Source of the DNA: Candidatus Poribacteria bacterium
GTDB taxonomy: Bacteria > Poribacteria > WGA-4E > PCPOR2b
Assembly (NCBI GenBank): GCA_965208675.1
Contig: OZ242351.1
Location: 1,504,001-1,568,000 of the forward strand
DNA: 64,000 bases
Direction of reading: 5' to 3'
Made by a program: the position numbers and the translations under genes. Below are positions 29,877 through 39,369 of the stretch, piece after piece; positions within the stretch are counted from its first letter, which is position 1, and each line of letters opens with the position of its first letter. A model generated the notes under the pieces. It saw only the letters and a list, made by a program, of their open reading frames with translations, was not told the DNA's origin and did not search any database.

Positions 29877-31718
29877 ATGCCACGACCGATTACAGTTGAT
29901 GAAGTTGCATCATTTCCGTATGCGGGAATTGAGATTCCTGCACTCTCGCCCGACTGCGATCTCTCTGCGGATGGCTTACGAGTTGCGTACACGCATCGGA
30001 ATCGTATTCAAATCAACGATTTGGAAACATCAAAAACGTACGAACCATTCAAAGGAAGATTCCCAAAATGGTCGCCCGTCCAACCCAACATGCTTGCATT
30101 CCTGAAGCCAGAGAGTCCAGGCGTGTGGCTCAGATACCCCGACGGTACCGAGGGGCAGTTGGCAGGGAACGCGCAGGAAGTCAGTTTCTTGCAATGGTCA
30201 TTTGACGGTAAGTTTATCGCCCTCATTGCGAATCGAGATTTAGAAATACAAGATGAAGACACCGATGACGATATTGTTATCGTCCTGCCACCCCCGCTCG
30301 CCGCTGTGAGTTCAATTGTAATACTTCATTTAGAGACGGGCGAAGCCACCCTTCTTGTGGATTCAAGTCCGGGAGAATCCTACGAAGCGGTAGCTTGGCA
30401 TCCTGATGGCAATTGGGTAACTGTTCACTCAATGATAGAAAGTCGAAACCGATGCGATTCCGACTATTGCCTTTTTGATATAGATCGAAGAACTGGCAAT
30501 AGAAATGACCGTATTGGTCCCGGCAAGAATGAGATGATTTCACCCTCATGGTCTCCGTGCGGAAATTATTTGGCATTAGGCTACTCCCCATATAGCTACA
30601 TTCATCCTGTACGTAATATGTGCGCCATTATGGAGAGAGATTCAAAGCAGGTGCGAATATTGGACGATGAATACTTCGTAAATTTCGTCTGCTGGGGACA
30701 TGACAGTCGGAAAATATACTGCAGCGGATTAAAGGGAATCAGCCGACATGTCTTCTCTGTTGATATACAAACTGGACGAAAAGAGGTTATCGTAGATCAA
30801 ACCGGATGGACCTATCTTGCAGGGATAAGCCGCGACGGGCGGAAACTCTTGACAGTTTTATGGGGATTATTGACGCTTCCGGATGCTCACCTCATCTCAC
30901 TTGATACTGGAGAGGAAAGGGCTGTCACACAATTCAGCGACCAACTCACCGATTACGAGCTGGCTGACGCTTCCGTTGTCGAGTGGGAATCCTACGACGG
31001 TTTGGTTATTCAAGGCTGCGTTGTTCCGCCGGTGGGCAAGTCGATGAGCCCTGAGAATCCTACCATCGTCGATTTGCACGGCGGACCGACTGGGGACGGC
31101 ACGGCAGTCTTCTACCGTTATTGGCATTGGTTGGCAGCCAATGGGTTTCAGGTATTCGCACCCGACTTTCGCGGGAGTCAACAGTATCAGTGGTGCGAAC
31201 CGCCAACCGATGAAATGGACTATAGAGATGCCATGTGCGGCATCAACTGGTTGGCGTCCCAACAGATGTGCGACAAGGCGCGAATGGGAGTGCACGGTTT
31301 TAGTTATGGCGCGGATCTTGGGGCTTACGCCATTGGGAAATCGACGCTCTTTCGGGCTGCTGTGCTGCATGGCGGGTGTTGCGACTACCGTCTCGCTTGC
31401 GGATTGGGTCTCCAAACACGGTGGGGCTCAATTTGTGCGGAAGAAATGGGGGGTGCACCGTGGGAGGTTCCACACGTCTACCAGGAACTATCTCCCATCA
31501 GTTACGTTGCGGATGTGGAAACACCCGTTCTAATTCTTCACGGAGAGAATGATACCCCGCACCAAGCCGAACCGTATACGGCATACCTAAGGGCGCTCGG
31601 AAAGGAGGTTTCCTATGTGCTGTACAAGGGTGAAGGGCACGGTCTCAACAAAGCATCGAATAAAAAAGATTGTTGGGAGCGGTCATTGCGGTGGTTCCGC
31701 AAGTATCTCAACCCCTGA
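29877..31718 (+). CDS. S9 family peptidase (intact paralog)
   Basis: Propeller, HGGP, DFRGS, GFSYG, HGEND, GEGH; AAGGAG RBS. Confidence 0.92.
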   Translation: MPRPITVDEVASFPYAGIEIPALSPDCDLSADGLRVAYTHRNRIQINDLETSKTYEPFKGRFPKWSPVQPNMLAFLKPESPGVWLRYPDGTEGQLAGNAQEVSFLQWSFDGKFIALIANRDLEIQDEDTDDDIVIVLPPPLAAVSSIVILHLETGEATLLVDSSPGESYEAVAWHPDGNWVTVHSMIESRNRCDSDYCLFDIDRRTGNRNDRIGPGKNEMISPSWSPCGNYLALGYSPYSYIHPVRNMCAIMERDSKQVRILDDEYFVNFVCWGHDSRKIYCSGLKGISRHVFSVDIQTGRKEVIVDQTGWTYLAGISRDGRKLLTVLWGLLTLPDAHLISLDTGEERAVTQFSDQLTDYELADASVVEWESYDGLVIQGCVVPPVGKSMSPENPTIVDLHGGPTGDGTAVFYRYWHWLAANGFQVFAPDFRGSQQYQWCEPPTDEMDYRDAMCGINWLASQQMCDKARMGVHGFSYGADLGAYAIGKSTLFRAAVLHGGCCDYRLACGLGLQTRWGSICAEEMGGAPWEVPHVYQELSPISYVADVETPVLILHGENDTPHQAEPYTAYLRALGKEVSYVLYKGEGHGLNKASNKKDCWERSLRWFRKYLNP

Positions 31719-31936
31719 ATCCAGCCAATCCGAAGTCGGTATTCCCCAATCCCCTATTCTCCAACGCTCGCTAATCCACGTTGGTATTTGGATTAAAGAG
31801 CGGGCTGAACTTACCTTCTACGGCAGGGAGGACGCTGACTTCCCTCGTGGCTGTTATTCAAGCATCAGCCAGAATTTTTCGGATAAGCTGATGGTGGTCG
31901 GCTCCGCTCTTAGTCAGGGTGGCGGGGCGCGTTATT

Positions 31937-32857
31937 TCACTCCTGTTTACGCCGAACATCCTCGACAATTTGCTGAATCGCCTCAATTACGGCTTCAGGC
32001 TGGTCCCTTGGAATGTCGTGACCGCTCTTTTTAGCGATCAGCCGTCTTCCGTTAGACGAGAGAAGAGTTAGCTCCGCCCACATCTCTTGAACAGTTTGCC
32101 ACGCTTGATTCAGTAATGCCTCTGGGATGCCGGGTAGAGTAGATGGTCTTTGATTGCCTGTCAGTACCACTAACGGCATTTCTCTCAGTTTTGGAGGTAA
32201 AACGCGATGGGCACGTACCTGCGCGTCCGTCTCAGGGCGGGCAACAAATTCATCATAATCTGCGGTTCCCGGTTCCGGCGTGGGGGTCGCGACGTTCCAT
32301 ATCTCCGCGGGTATGCGTAGACGTTGATCTTCGTGCGACGGGTCAATCAGCGCCATCCCGACCACTTCGTCCGGATACTGACTAGCGTAAAGACGAACAT
32401 GCAATCCACCAGACGAGTGCCCCACCAGAACATAGGGTGCTTCAATTCCTGCATTCACCAGCAATTTATGGAGTTCATTGACAATCTGCTGCCCGGTGCG
32501 AGGTGTGGGACCGGGATCGCTGAAGCCGTAACCGGCGCGATCGTAAGAACAGACCCGAGTGAATTTTGCGAGTTCGGGTTGTACATTCTGCCAGTCATCT
32601 GAGCCGCCGCCACGTCCGGAATCCAACACCACGGTCGGGCTGCCTTCGCCGGTACAGAGGATATATAACTGGTAGCCGCCCACGTCCACCAGTTTGCCCG
32701 GGGGCGCCGCCTTACGTTGGGAATTTTGGCGATTATTTTTGCTCTTCATACCGCTAACTTCCCCTATAGTTTTCGTTGCAGGAACGGCGAGGCAAAATAT
32801 ACCTAGCGCAACTGCTAACGCGCATTCAACAGCTAGTACGCTCCGTCGTTTAGACAT
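31937..32857 (-). CDS. Secreted alpha/beta hydrolase
   Basis: YDRAGYG, GHSSGG, SGH; N-terminal signal. Confidence 0.9.
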   Translation of the reverse strand: MSKRRSVLAVECALAVALGIFCLAVPATKTIGEVSGMKSKNNRQNSQRKAAPPGKLVDVGGYQLYILCTGEGSPTVVLDSGRGGGSDDWQNVQPELAKFTRVCSYDRAGYGFSDPGPTPRTGQQIVNELHKLLVNAGIEAPYVLVGHSSGGLHVRLYASQYPDEVVGMALIDPSHEDQRLRIPAEIWNVATPTPEPGTADYDEFVARPETDAQVRAHRVLPPKLREMPLVVLTGNQRPSTLPGIPEALLNQAWQTVQEMWAELTLLSSNGRRLIAKKSGHDIPRDQPEAVIEAIQQIVEDVRRKQE

Positions 32858-33226
32858 GATGCTTTTCCTTTTGGTTCAAAATTCACTGCGAGTGATGAAG
32901 ACGATTGGATTTAATCGAAAAATATACTCCTAAAATCGTGAACGCGCAAAGACGAGCAACCTATTACATGTGTACTTTTAGATTTTGAGCGGGCCAGTGT
33001 TGTCCATTTTGCTAGATTATGCAAGATGCGAAATGCACGTGTCAATGGGAAAAGCGGTGGTGAGCGTTTGTAGGTTGGATTGAGGTGTCGGGTTTCACTA
33101 TCTATGAGAGGTGCTGTTTAACCCTAGATCCTTTTTTCTGGTGGATAGAGATGAAGACCTGACATTTATTGCCTTCGCTATACGAAAAGTTTATTCTTCC
33201 CTGTCCGGGTGGAATCTATGAACTGG

Positions 33227-36200
33227 TCAATCTGCGAGCAGATATTGAACTTTAGCTTCCAGGTCATGCCCCCAGGCGTCTACGGAAATCTCTCCTGCTG
33301 AGTTAATTAGAACAAACCCAGTTCCCCATCCGATTGCAAATCGATCGAATGTTTCGCCCTTTGCGCCGACGACCTTTGTTGGGCGGTCTAAGCCGATCGA
33401 GTACGACAGCGACTGCTCCGTGATGTGCACTTTGACTTTGTCAACATCAGCCGTAGCGGGACAGATGGCGACGCAGACGAGTCCTTTTTCTCGATAGACC
33501 TCCTGCAAGATATTCAGGAGACGTATTTGTCGAATATGGTCGCGGTGATTCAAATTCCAAAAATGTAGGACAATCGTCTTTCCCTTGAACTCTCCGATGG
33601 ATGCGGGTGAACCGGACAACCACTTGGAAACCGCCAACTCCGGTGCCGGTTTGTTCACGAAAGATTTGAAGCGGTTTTCTGCGGACGCGGCGTATGACCG
33701 CTGCAACTGCTGCTGCGGAGTCGGCCCCAATCTCTCGTCATCCGTCGTCAGAGTAAAGACCAGATCACGTCGATCCACCGCGATATCCTTGAATGTTTTG
33801 CGGTACTTTTTATGATAGACACCCATTGACACGACCGGACCCTTTATGTTCGGTAGTTCAAAATCACCGTACACGTTAGTGTAAGCAACGGGGTATCGGT
33901 AGCTGGAGAAGGGCGTTTCTTCGCCGCCTACCATGACCCGCGCCTGTTCAATCGGTTTGCCTTCGGCGTCCACTACCTTCCCGGCGAGATATGCTATCGC
34001 CTTGACTAGTTCAAAGTCGTGCCGTCGGTTGGTTTTTAAAATCCTGACTTCAAGGTCTGGATACGCCGGATGGAAAATGAACAGCGCGGAAATAACCGCC
34101 ATAGAAAGTTCTTCCATTCGATAATTACCGTTTTCATCGGTGCGGCTTGACCAGTGTTGCCCCGCCTGACTGATGCTAAGTTGCACGCCGCTAACCGGCT
34201 CGCCAGAGTTATCAATGACACGCCCTTCAATAAAAAACTGCCCGCCGGCTGGGAACAGGACGAAATCCGCAATTTGTGTCATCTCCGCTGTGGCGGTGAA
34301 CTGATCGGTTTCAGCATTTCGATACCCGTCTCGTTGCACATAAATTTCGTACTTATCACCAACAATGAGCGAAATATTCTGGAACTGCCCATCGTCATCT
34401 GTCACATCCACAATGGTGTGAGCACCGATGCCTCGTTGATGGTCCCAGTGAATCAGATTGACGTTCGCCAACGGCATCGGTTTGCCTTCACCGTCTATTG
34501 CTCGTCCGGAGACTTCGATCCGCTGTTGCCGTTTCATCCGGATTTCAACCGGCATATCCGGCTGCACCTCAATCTCGACCGTTCCGCGCAATCCCAATTC
34601 GCTATGTACGGCTCTGAGGCCAAGATTACTTCCAACTCGTAGTCCGTCAACAGTGAACCTACCTAACTCATCTGATGTGCCATAGTTTTTAAGACGCATC
34701 TGATCGTTTGTAATTTTCGCGCCGGCCACCGGTTTACCGGTCTCGTCCACAAGCCGGCCGGTCAGATTAATCCCTTTCGAAAACTGAAAATCAACGGTCA
34801 CAGTTTCGCCTTCAACGACCTCCACACGTCTCTCAACCCGTCCGATGTCCAATCTCTCGGTCCAGCCTATATCTTGATAGCCTGCCGGTGTATTAGTGTG
34901 CACGACCGCCTCACCGGGCGCGGCATCAAATTTGTACGCACCAGTTTCATCTGTTATTATATGGTGAGACCCCAGTTGAGATCTGTGCGGACGGGCCGCA
35001 TCATTTAATCTGATAGTATGGCCGGCAAGCGGTTCATTTGTGTCCCGATCGGTCACCCGCCCGGTGATGAAGCCGCTCCGATTCAGGGCTAAATCCACAT
35101 TCGTAACGGTCTGTCCGCCAGTGACTGTAATGAACTCCTCGGGAAGGGCGGTCCACCCGTTTGGCCCCTGATCTAGATAAAGGCTGTATGTGCCGGGGGC
35201 GACATTGTTCAGGCGATATTTTCCCTTTCGAACAGGTGCCTGTCCCGCCTCAATGGTCGGATAGATGCCCTGAAGCAACACCATCGCGCTTTTGACCGGC
35301 CTCTCGGTGTCAGCATAAGTGATGCGCCCCTCAATCCTGCCCTCACGTGTCAGCCGGAAATTGAGCCTTTTTCCGCTGACCGGCACGCTGTGGCGAAACT
35401 CCTTTGCGTATCCTGATGCTTGGACATCAAGGCTTATTTTTGTACCTTGCTGCAATCCAGGGAGCACAAACTCCCCATTCGTGTCCGTCTTGACGGGTTT
35501 TGGCAAGGCATTTTGTGTCAATCTATCTCCGTGTTCCCCTTCGCCATGGAAAACGGATTGAATCAATACCTTAGCGTTCTTAATCGGCTCGCCCGCCTCA
35601 TTCATTACTTTGCCAGTGATGATTCTTGGGCCTTCAAGTTTAATCTCAACGTCTGCCGTACTTTGGATTGGAAATTCCTGCCACCAGATTGCATGATCGG
35701 GATGCGTAACAGCAAGCTGCAGGCGATTCAGTGTGTTCTTGGAGTTGAAATGCCTTGATTTGCGTTTTGAAGGTGAAACTTCAAAGCGAAAGACCCCATC
35801 CTTCCCGGTGCGGGTAAAATACTTACGGTCAGGGTATGTGAAATATACGGATTCGGCATCCCCTCCAACTGGATAGGACAGTATCACATATCGTAGTTCG
35901 GCATCCGCTACCGGCGCACCATCACTGTCAACAACCCGGCCGGAGAATATTAGTTTCTCTTTCTCACCCACCGCTGCTGCTGCACGGCGTTGCGGTTTGG
36001 CGTTCTTTGCACCGAGGTTCCCCGAATCTGACGCTAGTCCAATTGAATTGCGGCTTTGCGCCGTAGAACCGCGATTGGAAGCAGCCAACGGCTGCATTCC
36101 CATCGGGGTGGGTATGCCCGCAATTAACGGACGTGTTGAGTTGGGAGCGGGTGTAAGGAATGTGACTGGAATCGGGTGGCTCGTGTGAGATTGTAACAAC

Positions 36201-36967
36201 CCAATCTGGTTATTTGAGGACACATTCGGCGAATCGCTTCGTCCGCCAATCAGTCCAACAAAAACACACAATGCCGTAATCAGCGAAATTAGTGCTTTGC
36301 TCACCGTTGTGCTACCCCACGTGAACCCTAGGGTTGGAGATGGGATGTGGCGAATCTGCTCCATTAGCTGCATGAGGAATCCTCCTTTGAGTTTGCGGTT
36401 CTTTACGAATCTGCCGTAATGTTCAGACAACGTGCTGCCAAGCTGCAGACGCGCACGACGCAACTTGCTCTTGATAGTATTCACGGAGACACCGAGAAAT
36501 TCTGAAATCTCCTTCAGCGAATAATCACCTGCATAGAACATCGACACGACGAGTCGGCTTTCGTCAGAGAGCTCTGACATTGCCTGCTCAAGATCTACCT
36601 GCCAGTCCTGTGTGGGCACCGTGTGTTCAGGTTGAATCTGTAGTGAGTCGTCCACAGCATGCTCCAGCGCAATCTCGTGCCGACGTTTTTTCGTAATGCG
36701 CTCCAGCCAACGTTTGCATTCGTTGGACATGATTGTATACAGCCAGCTCCGGAAGAGATGCGGATGCCGCAGTTTTTGGAGATGGCGGAATGCCTTTAAA
36801 AAAACCTCTTGCGTAATGTCCTGCGAATCGGCTGCGTTCCGCACTTTCTGATAGGCGTAGGTGTAGACCATGTCCTGATACTTGTGTACGAGCGCACCGA
36901 AGGCGTCTCGATCTCCTGCGAGCGTTTGAGACACTAACTTTTCGTCGGCTGTATACATAATAAGCAT
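33227..36967 (-). CDS. ECF sigma-70 factor fused to TM helix, carboxypeptidase-regulatory-like repeats and degenerate TlpA/redoxin domain
   Basis: Region 2 (DSQDITQEVF, FRSWLYTI), region 4 (SLKEISEFLGVSVNTIKSKL), TM, repeated GRV.D..G.PV/T..G.F, C-terminal KPAPEL..W...KGKTIVLHFW. Confidence 0.9.
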   Translation of the reverse strand: MLIMYTADEKLVSQTLAGDRDAFGALVHKYQDMVYTYAYQKVRNAADSQDITQEVFLKAFRHLQKLRHPHLFRSWLYTIMSNECKRWLERITKKRRHEIALEHAVDDSLQIQPEHTVPTQDWQVDLEQAMSELSDESRLVVSMFYAGDYSLKEISEFLGVSVNTIKSKLRRARLQLGSTLSEHYGRFVKNRKLKGGFLMQLMEQIRHIPSPTLGFTWGSTTVSKALISLITALCVFVGLIGGRSDSPNVSSNNQIGLLQSHTSHPIPVTFLTPAPNSTRPLIAGIPTPMGMQPLAASNRGSTAQSRNSIGLASDSGNLGAKNAKPQRRAAAAVGEKEKLIFSGRVVDSDGAPVADAELRYVILSYPVGGDAESVYFTYPDRKYFTRTGKDGVFRFEVSPSKRKSRHFNSKNTLNRLQLAVTHPDHAIWWQEFPIQSTADVEIKLEGPRIITGKVMNEAGEPIKNAKVLIQSVFHGEGEHGDRLTQNALPKPVKTDTNGEFVLPGLQQGTKISLDVQASGYAKEFRHSVPVSGKRLNFRLTREGRIEGRITYADTERPVKSAMVLLQGIYPTIEAGQAPVRKGKYRLNNVAPGTYSLYLDQGPNGWTALPEEFITVTGGQTVTNVDLALNRSGFITGRVTDRDTNEPLAGHTIRLNDAARPHRSQLGSHHIITDETGAYKFDAAPGEAVVHTNTPAGYQDIGWTERLDIGRVERRVEVVEGETVTVDFQFSKGINLTGRLVDETGKPVAGAKITNDQMRLKNYGTSDELGRFTVDGLRVGSNLGLRAVHSELGLRGTVEIEVQPDMPVEIRMKRQQRIEVSGRAIDGEGKPMPLANVNLIHWDHQRGIGAHTIVDVTDDDGQFQNISLIVGDKYEIYVQRDGYRNAETDQFTATAEMTQIADFVLFPAGGQFFIEGRVIDNSGEPVSGVQLSISQAGQHWSSRTDENGNYRMEELSMAVISALFIFHPAYPDLEVRILKTNRRHDFELVKAIAYLAGKVVDAEGKPIEQARVMVGGEETPFSSYRYPVAYTNVYGDFELPNIKGPVVSMGVYHKKYRKTFKDIAVDRRDLVFTLTTDDERLGPTPQQQLQRSYAASAENRFKSFVNKPAPELAVSKWLSGSPASIGEFKGKTIVLHFWNLNHRDHIRQIRLLNILQEVYREKGLVCVAICPATADVDKVKVHITEQSLSYSIGLDRPTKVVGAKGETFDRFAIGWGTGFVLINSAGEISVDAWGHDLEAKVQYLLAD

Positions 36968-37008
36968 CTAATCCTAAAACGAAGCATGGAAGCCCTATTT
37001 GCATAACA

Positions 37009-37037
37009 TAGACACATCTAGTGTACCAGAGGTTGCA
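37009..37037 (-). promoter_or_regulatory. Putative ECF (autoregulatory) promoter
   Basis: TGCAAC-N18-GTCTA; the same motif precedes all three sigma paralogs. Confidence 0.7.
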
Positions 37038-37383
37038 CCGAGTGGAAAAAATAATGATTCACGCCCCATCCCAATCAAAAAAATGAATGGTTGCTGAATT
37101 CAAGGAATAGCATCAAAGAGATGTCTCAAACGATTAAATGCCGCCTGAATGAGAATTTGAAACCTGCAATCGCGAAAGGGCTTTGGAACGCAGCGTGAAT
37201 GGGACAACTACGTCAAAGGTGGGGTTTATAGCGGACGACGATGAAAAGACATCTTTCCTAATTAACTCAATGTGGTTGACAAAACTGAAGCGACATCGGG
37301 CTTTGAAATTATTTTGGAAAGTTGTCAAATGTGTTTTCTGAACACGCCTGAAAAAACTATCTTCGATTTGACGAACGAAAATT

Positions 37384-37505
37384 CGCTCTGGGGCTTTGGC
37401 TTATGACTGCTGGTGCGGCGTTAAGGGCAACCACAAGGGTTGCCCCTACAGCGTATTAGCCCAATGTGAGGGTAGTCGTTTTATACCTGTCGCCCCGCTG
37501 GGGCT
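37384..37505. repeat. REP-like palindromes
   Basis: GGGCAACCACAAGGGTTGCCCCTAC (37425-37449; GTAG-type on the minus strand), GCCCCGCTGGGGC (37492-37504), degenerate CGCTCTGGGGCT (37384). Confidence 0.65.
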
Positions 37506-37888
37506 ATCGGGCGGTGGAATTATTTTGGAAAGATGTCTAAAGACAAACCAAATTTGCGATAACTAGACAACCGGCCGGTATTGGGTATGGCGATAACTTT
37601 CTCCGTGCTAAGATGGACTTCACCGGGAACGTTTATTTTGGACCGGCAGGCCGTAATTGGAGGGGTTATCCTGCGGCTAATATTGACGCGAGAAGTTTTC
37701 GACTTGGACGAAATGGAAAAATAAGGTGGGATTTTGACCGTTGAGGCGTTTACGTAAATTCAGGCCGCAAACAAGCCATTTGCAGAACCGCGGAGGTCAT
37801 AGATAGAGATTCACATTCGACCCAAACTACACTGTGGCAATTATGATAGATTAGCGAAGCGTATCAAAATTTCGCCGAGATCGACGAT

Positions 37889-39130
37889 TTACTTTGTCCG
37901 TGTTGTCTTTCCGGTCGTGCTGTCCTTTTCGATGATAGCTATGTGCGGCAGGCGCCACTCTATGCTTGCAGGGCCAACGTCGAACCATTCACCCGAAAGT
38001 CCCATCGAAACGAAATCTTCCTCGCCCCGGTCTTTATCGTGCGGTTCATGGGGCGCCCAGTTTGTGAATGTCACCGGCTCACTGTTTGCCCAAACCCATT
38101 CCCCTTCGTTCGCATAATCGGTCAGTCCAATCCAGCACCGATGCGGGCCAAAAGTTCTTGAAATCCAATCCTGCTCTGCTGCATCGTTGATTGCAACGAG
38201 ATACCCATATTCGGCGGCGGCTTGAGAGTTGGCTTCATCCCAACTCTCGCTACTAATTCGCTTGTACGCGTGCCCATTTGCCGGATTCACCACCCACGCT
38301 GACCCGCCGCCCTGCGGTGACGTTGATACTTCTGCAGAAACGTCGACTCGACCAGTGGGACCTTCAGGCCAATTCGGAAGTCTGTCGAGCGTGAAAGCCA
38401 AATCTTCTCTGTCTTCTCCTTTTCTTAGCAGGAAGGGATCTGCTGACGCCGAAAACCTGTGATAGTTCACCGTCATTGTGTAGATTGCCGATTCATCTAC
38501 GTAGTATTTAAAGTAGCCGTCAGCGTCTGTTTCACTCGACGAACTTGAGCTGCCGCTACCCGTCCCGTCGGGCGTACGATGGTTTACGCTGACATTTATC
38601 CTCACGCTGGAAAGCGGGGTGCCATTGAGAAACACAATGCGTCCCCGAATGTAATTCCGCAATTTCACTCTGACTTCGACATTCTCAACGTGCACGTCCG
38701 GCTTAATAGCGAACGCGATTCCCTGCCAAGGCGAATATTCGTGCCGGTACACGGTCAGTGCCGCAACCTTTACGGAAATGATTTCGCCGCTGGTCCCGGA
38801 CGAATGATAAAACTTGGTAGCCGGTGTTAGTCGGACTTTTGCCGGCGGGATGTTGCTCATCGAAAAACGTCCAATTTCGTCAGAGTGCGATTCTGAAAGT
38901 GTGATGAAGGTTCCTTCGACTGATTCAAGTGAAAACGGTAAAAGGGATAGCCCAAATCCTGCAACCGGATTGCCTTCTGAATCAACAACACGGCCGGACA
39001 GTGTAGAAGTACCGTCCAAAGCCAAGCCCTGCAACGATGCGGCGAATGAAAATACCATTATCCCAATAAGTAGCAACAGGTTTTCTCGCCTAAACGAAAT
39101 GCACAAACACCTGACATGTGACCAGTCCAT
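37889..39130 (-). CDS. Secreted protein with carboxypeptidase-regulatory-like domains and C-terminal C-type lectin domain
   Basis: Signal peptide; GRVVDSEGNPVAG; NGHAY, LVAINDAAEQ, WIGLTD, EGEW.W, FTNWAPHEP, WFD. Confidence 0.88.
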   Translation of the reverse strand: MDWSHVRCLCISFRRENLLLLIGIMVFSFAASLQGLALDGTSTLSGRVVDSEGNPVAGFGLSLLPFSLESVEGTFITLSESHSDEIGRFSMSNIPPAKVRLTPATKFYHSSGTSGEIISVKVAALTVYRHEYSPWQGIAFAIKPDVHVENVEVRVKLRNYIRGRIVFLNGTPLSSVRINVSVNHRTPDGTGSGSSSSSSETDADGYFKYYVDESAIYTMTVNYHRFSASADPFLLRKGEDREDLAFTLDRLPNWPEGPTGRVDVSAEVSTSPQGGGSAWVVNPANGHAYKRISSESWDEANSQAAAEYGYLVAINDAAEQDWISRTFGPHRCWIGLTDYANEGEWVWANSEPVTFTNWAPHEPHDKDRGEEDFVSMGLSGEWFDVGPASIEWRLPHIAIIEKDSTTGKTTRTK

Positions 39131-39369
39131 GGTAGATGCCTCCTTCGGAATGTTTTATGCGACCGAGGACGAGTCCCTCGGTGAATGGCCCAAATCGGTC
39201 ATTTGACGAAGCCAATTAGGGTTTGATTTCCTGACAACCCGGTCATATTACCGGGGAATGGCTACGCGAAGGCCTTGTCACTCACGTACCAAACGAGCTG
39301 TAAACGCTGTTACTAGCTGGATATACTCTTAGAAATCGTTTTGCGTTCAATGAGTCTAATTATCGGGTG

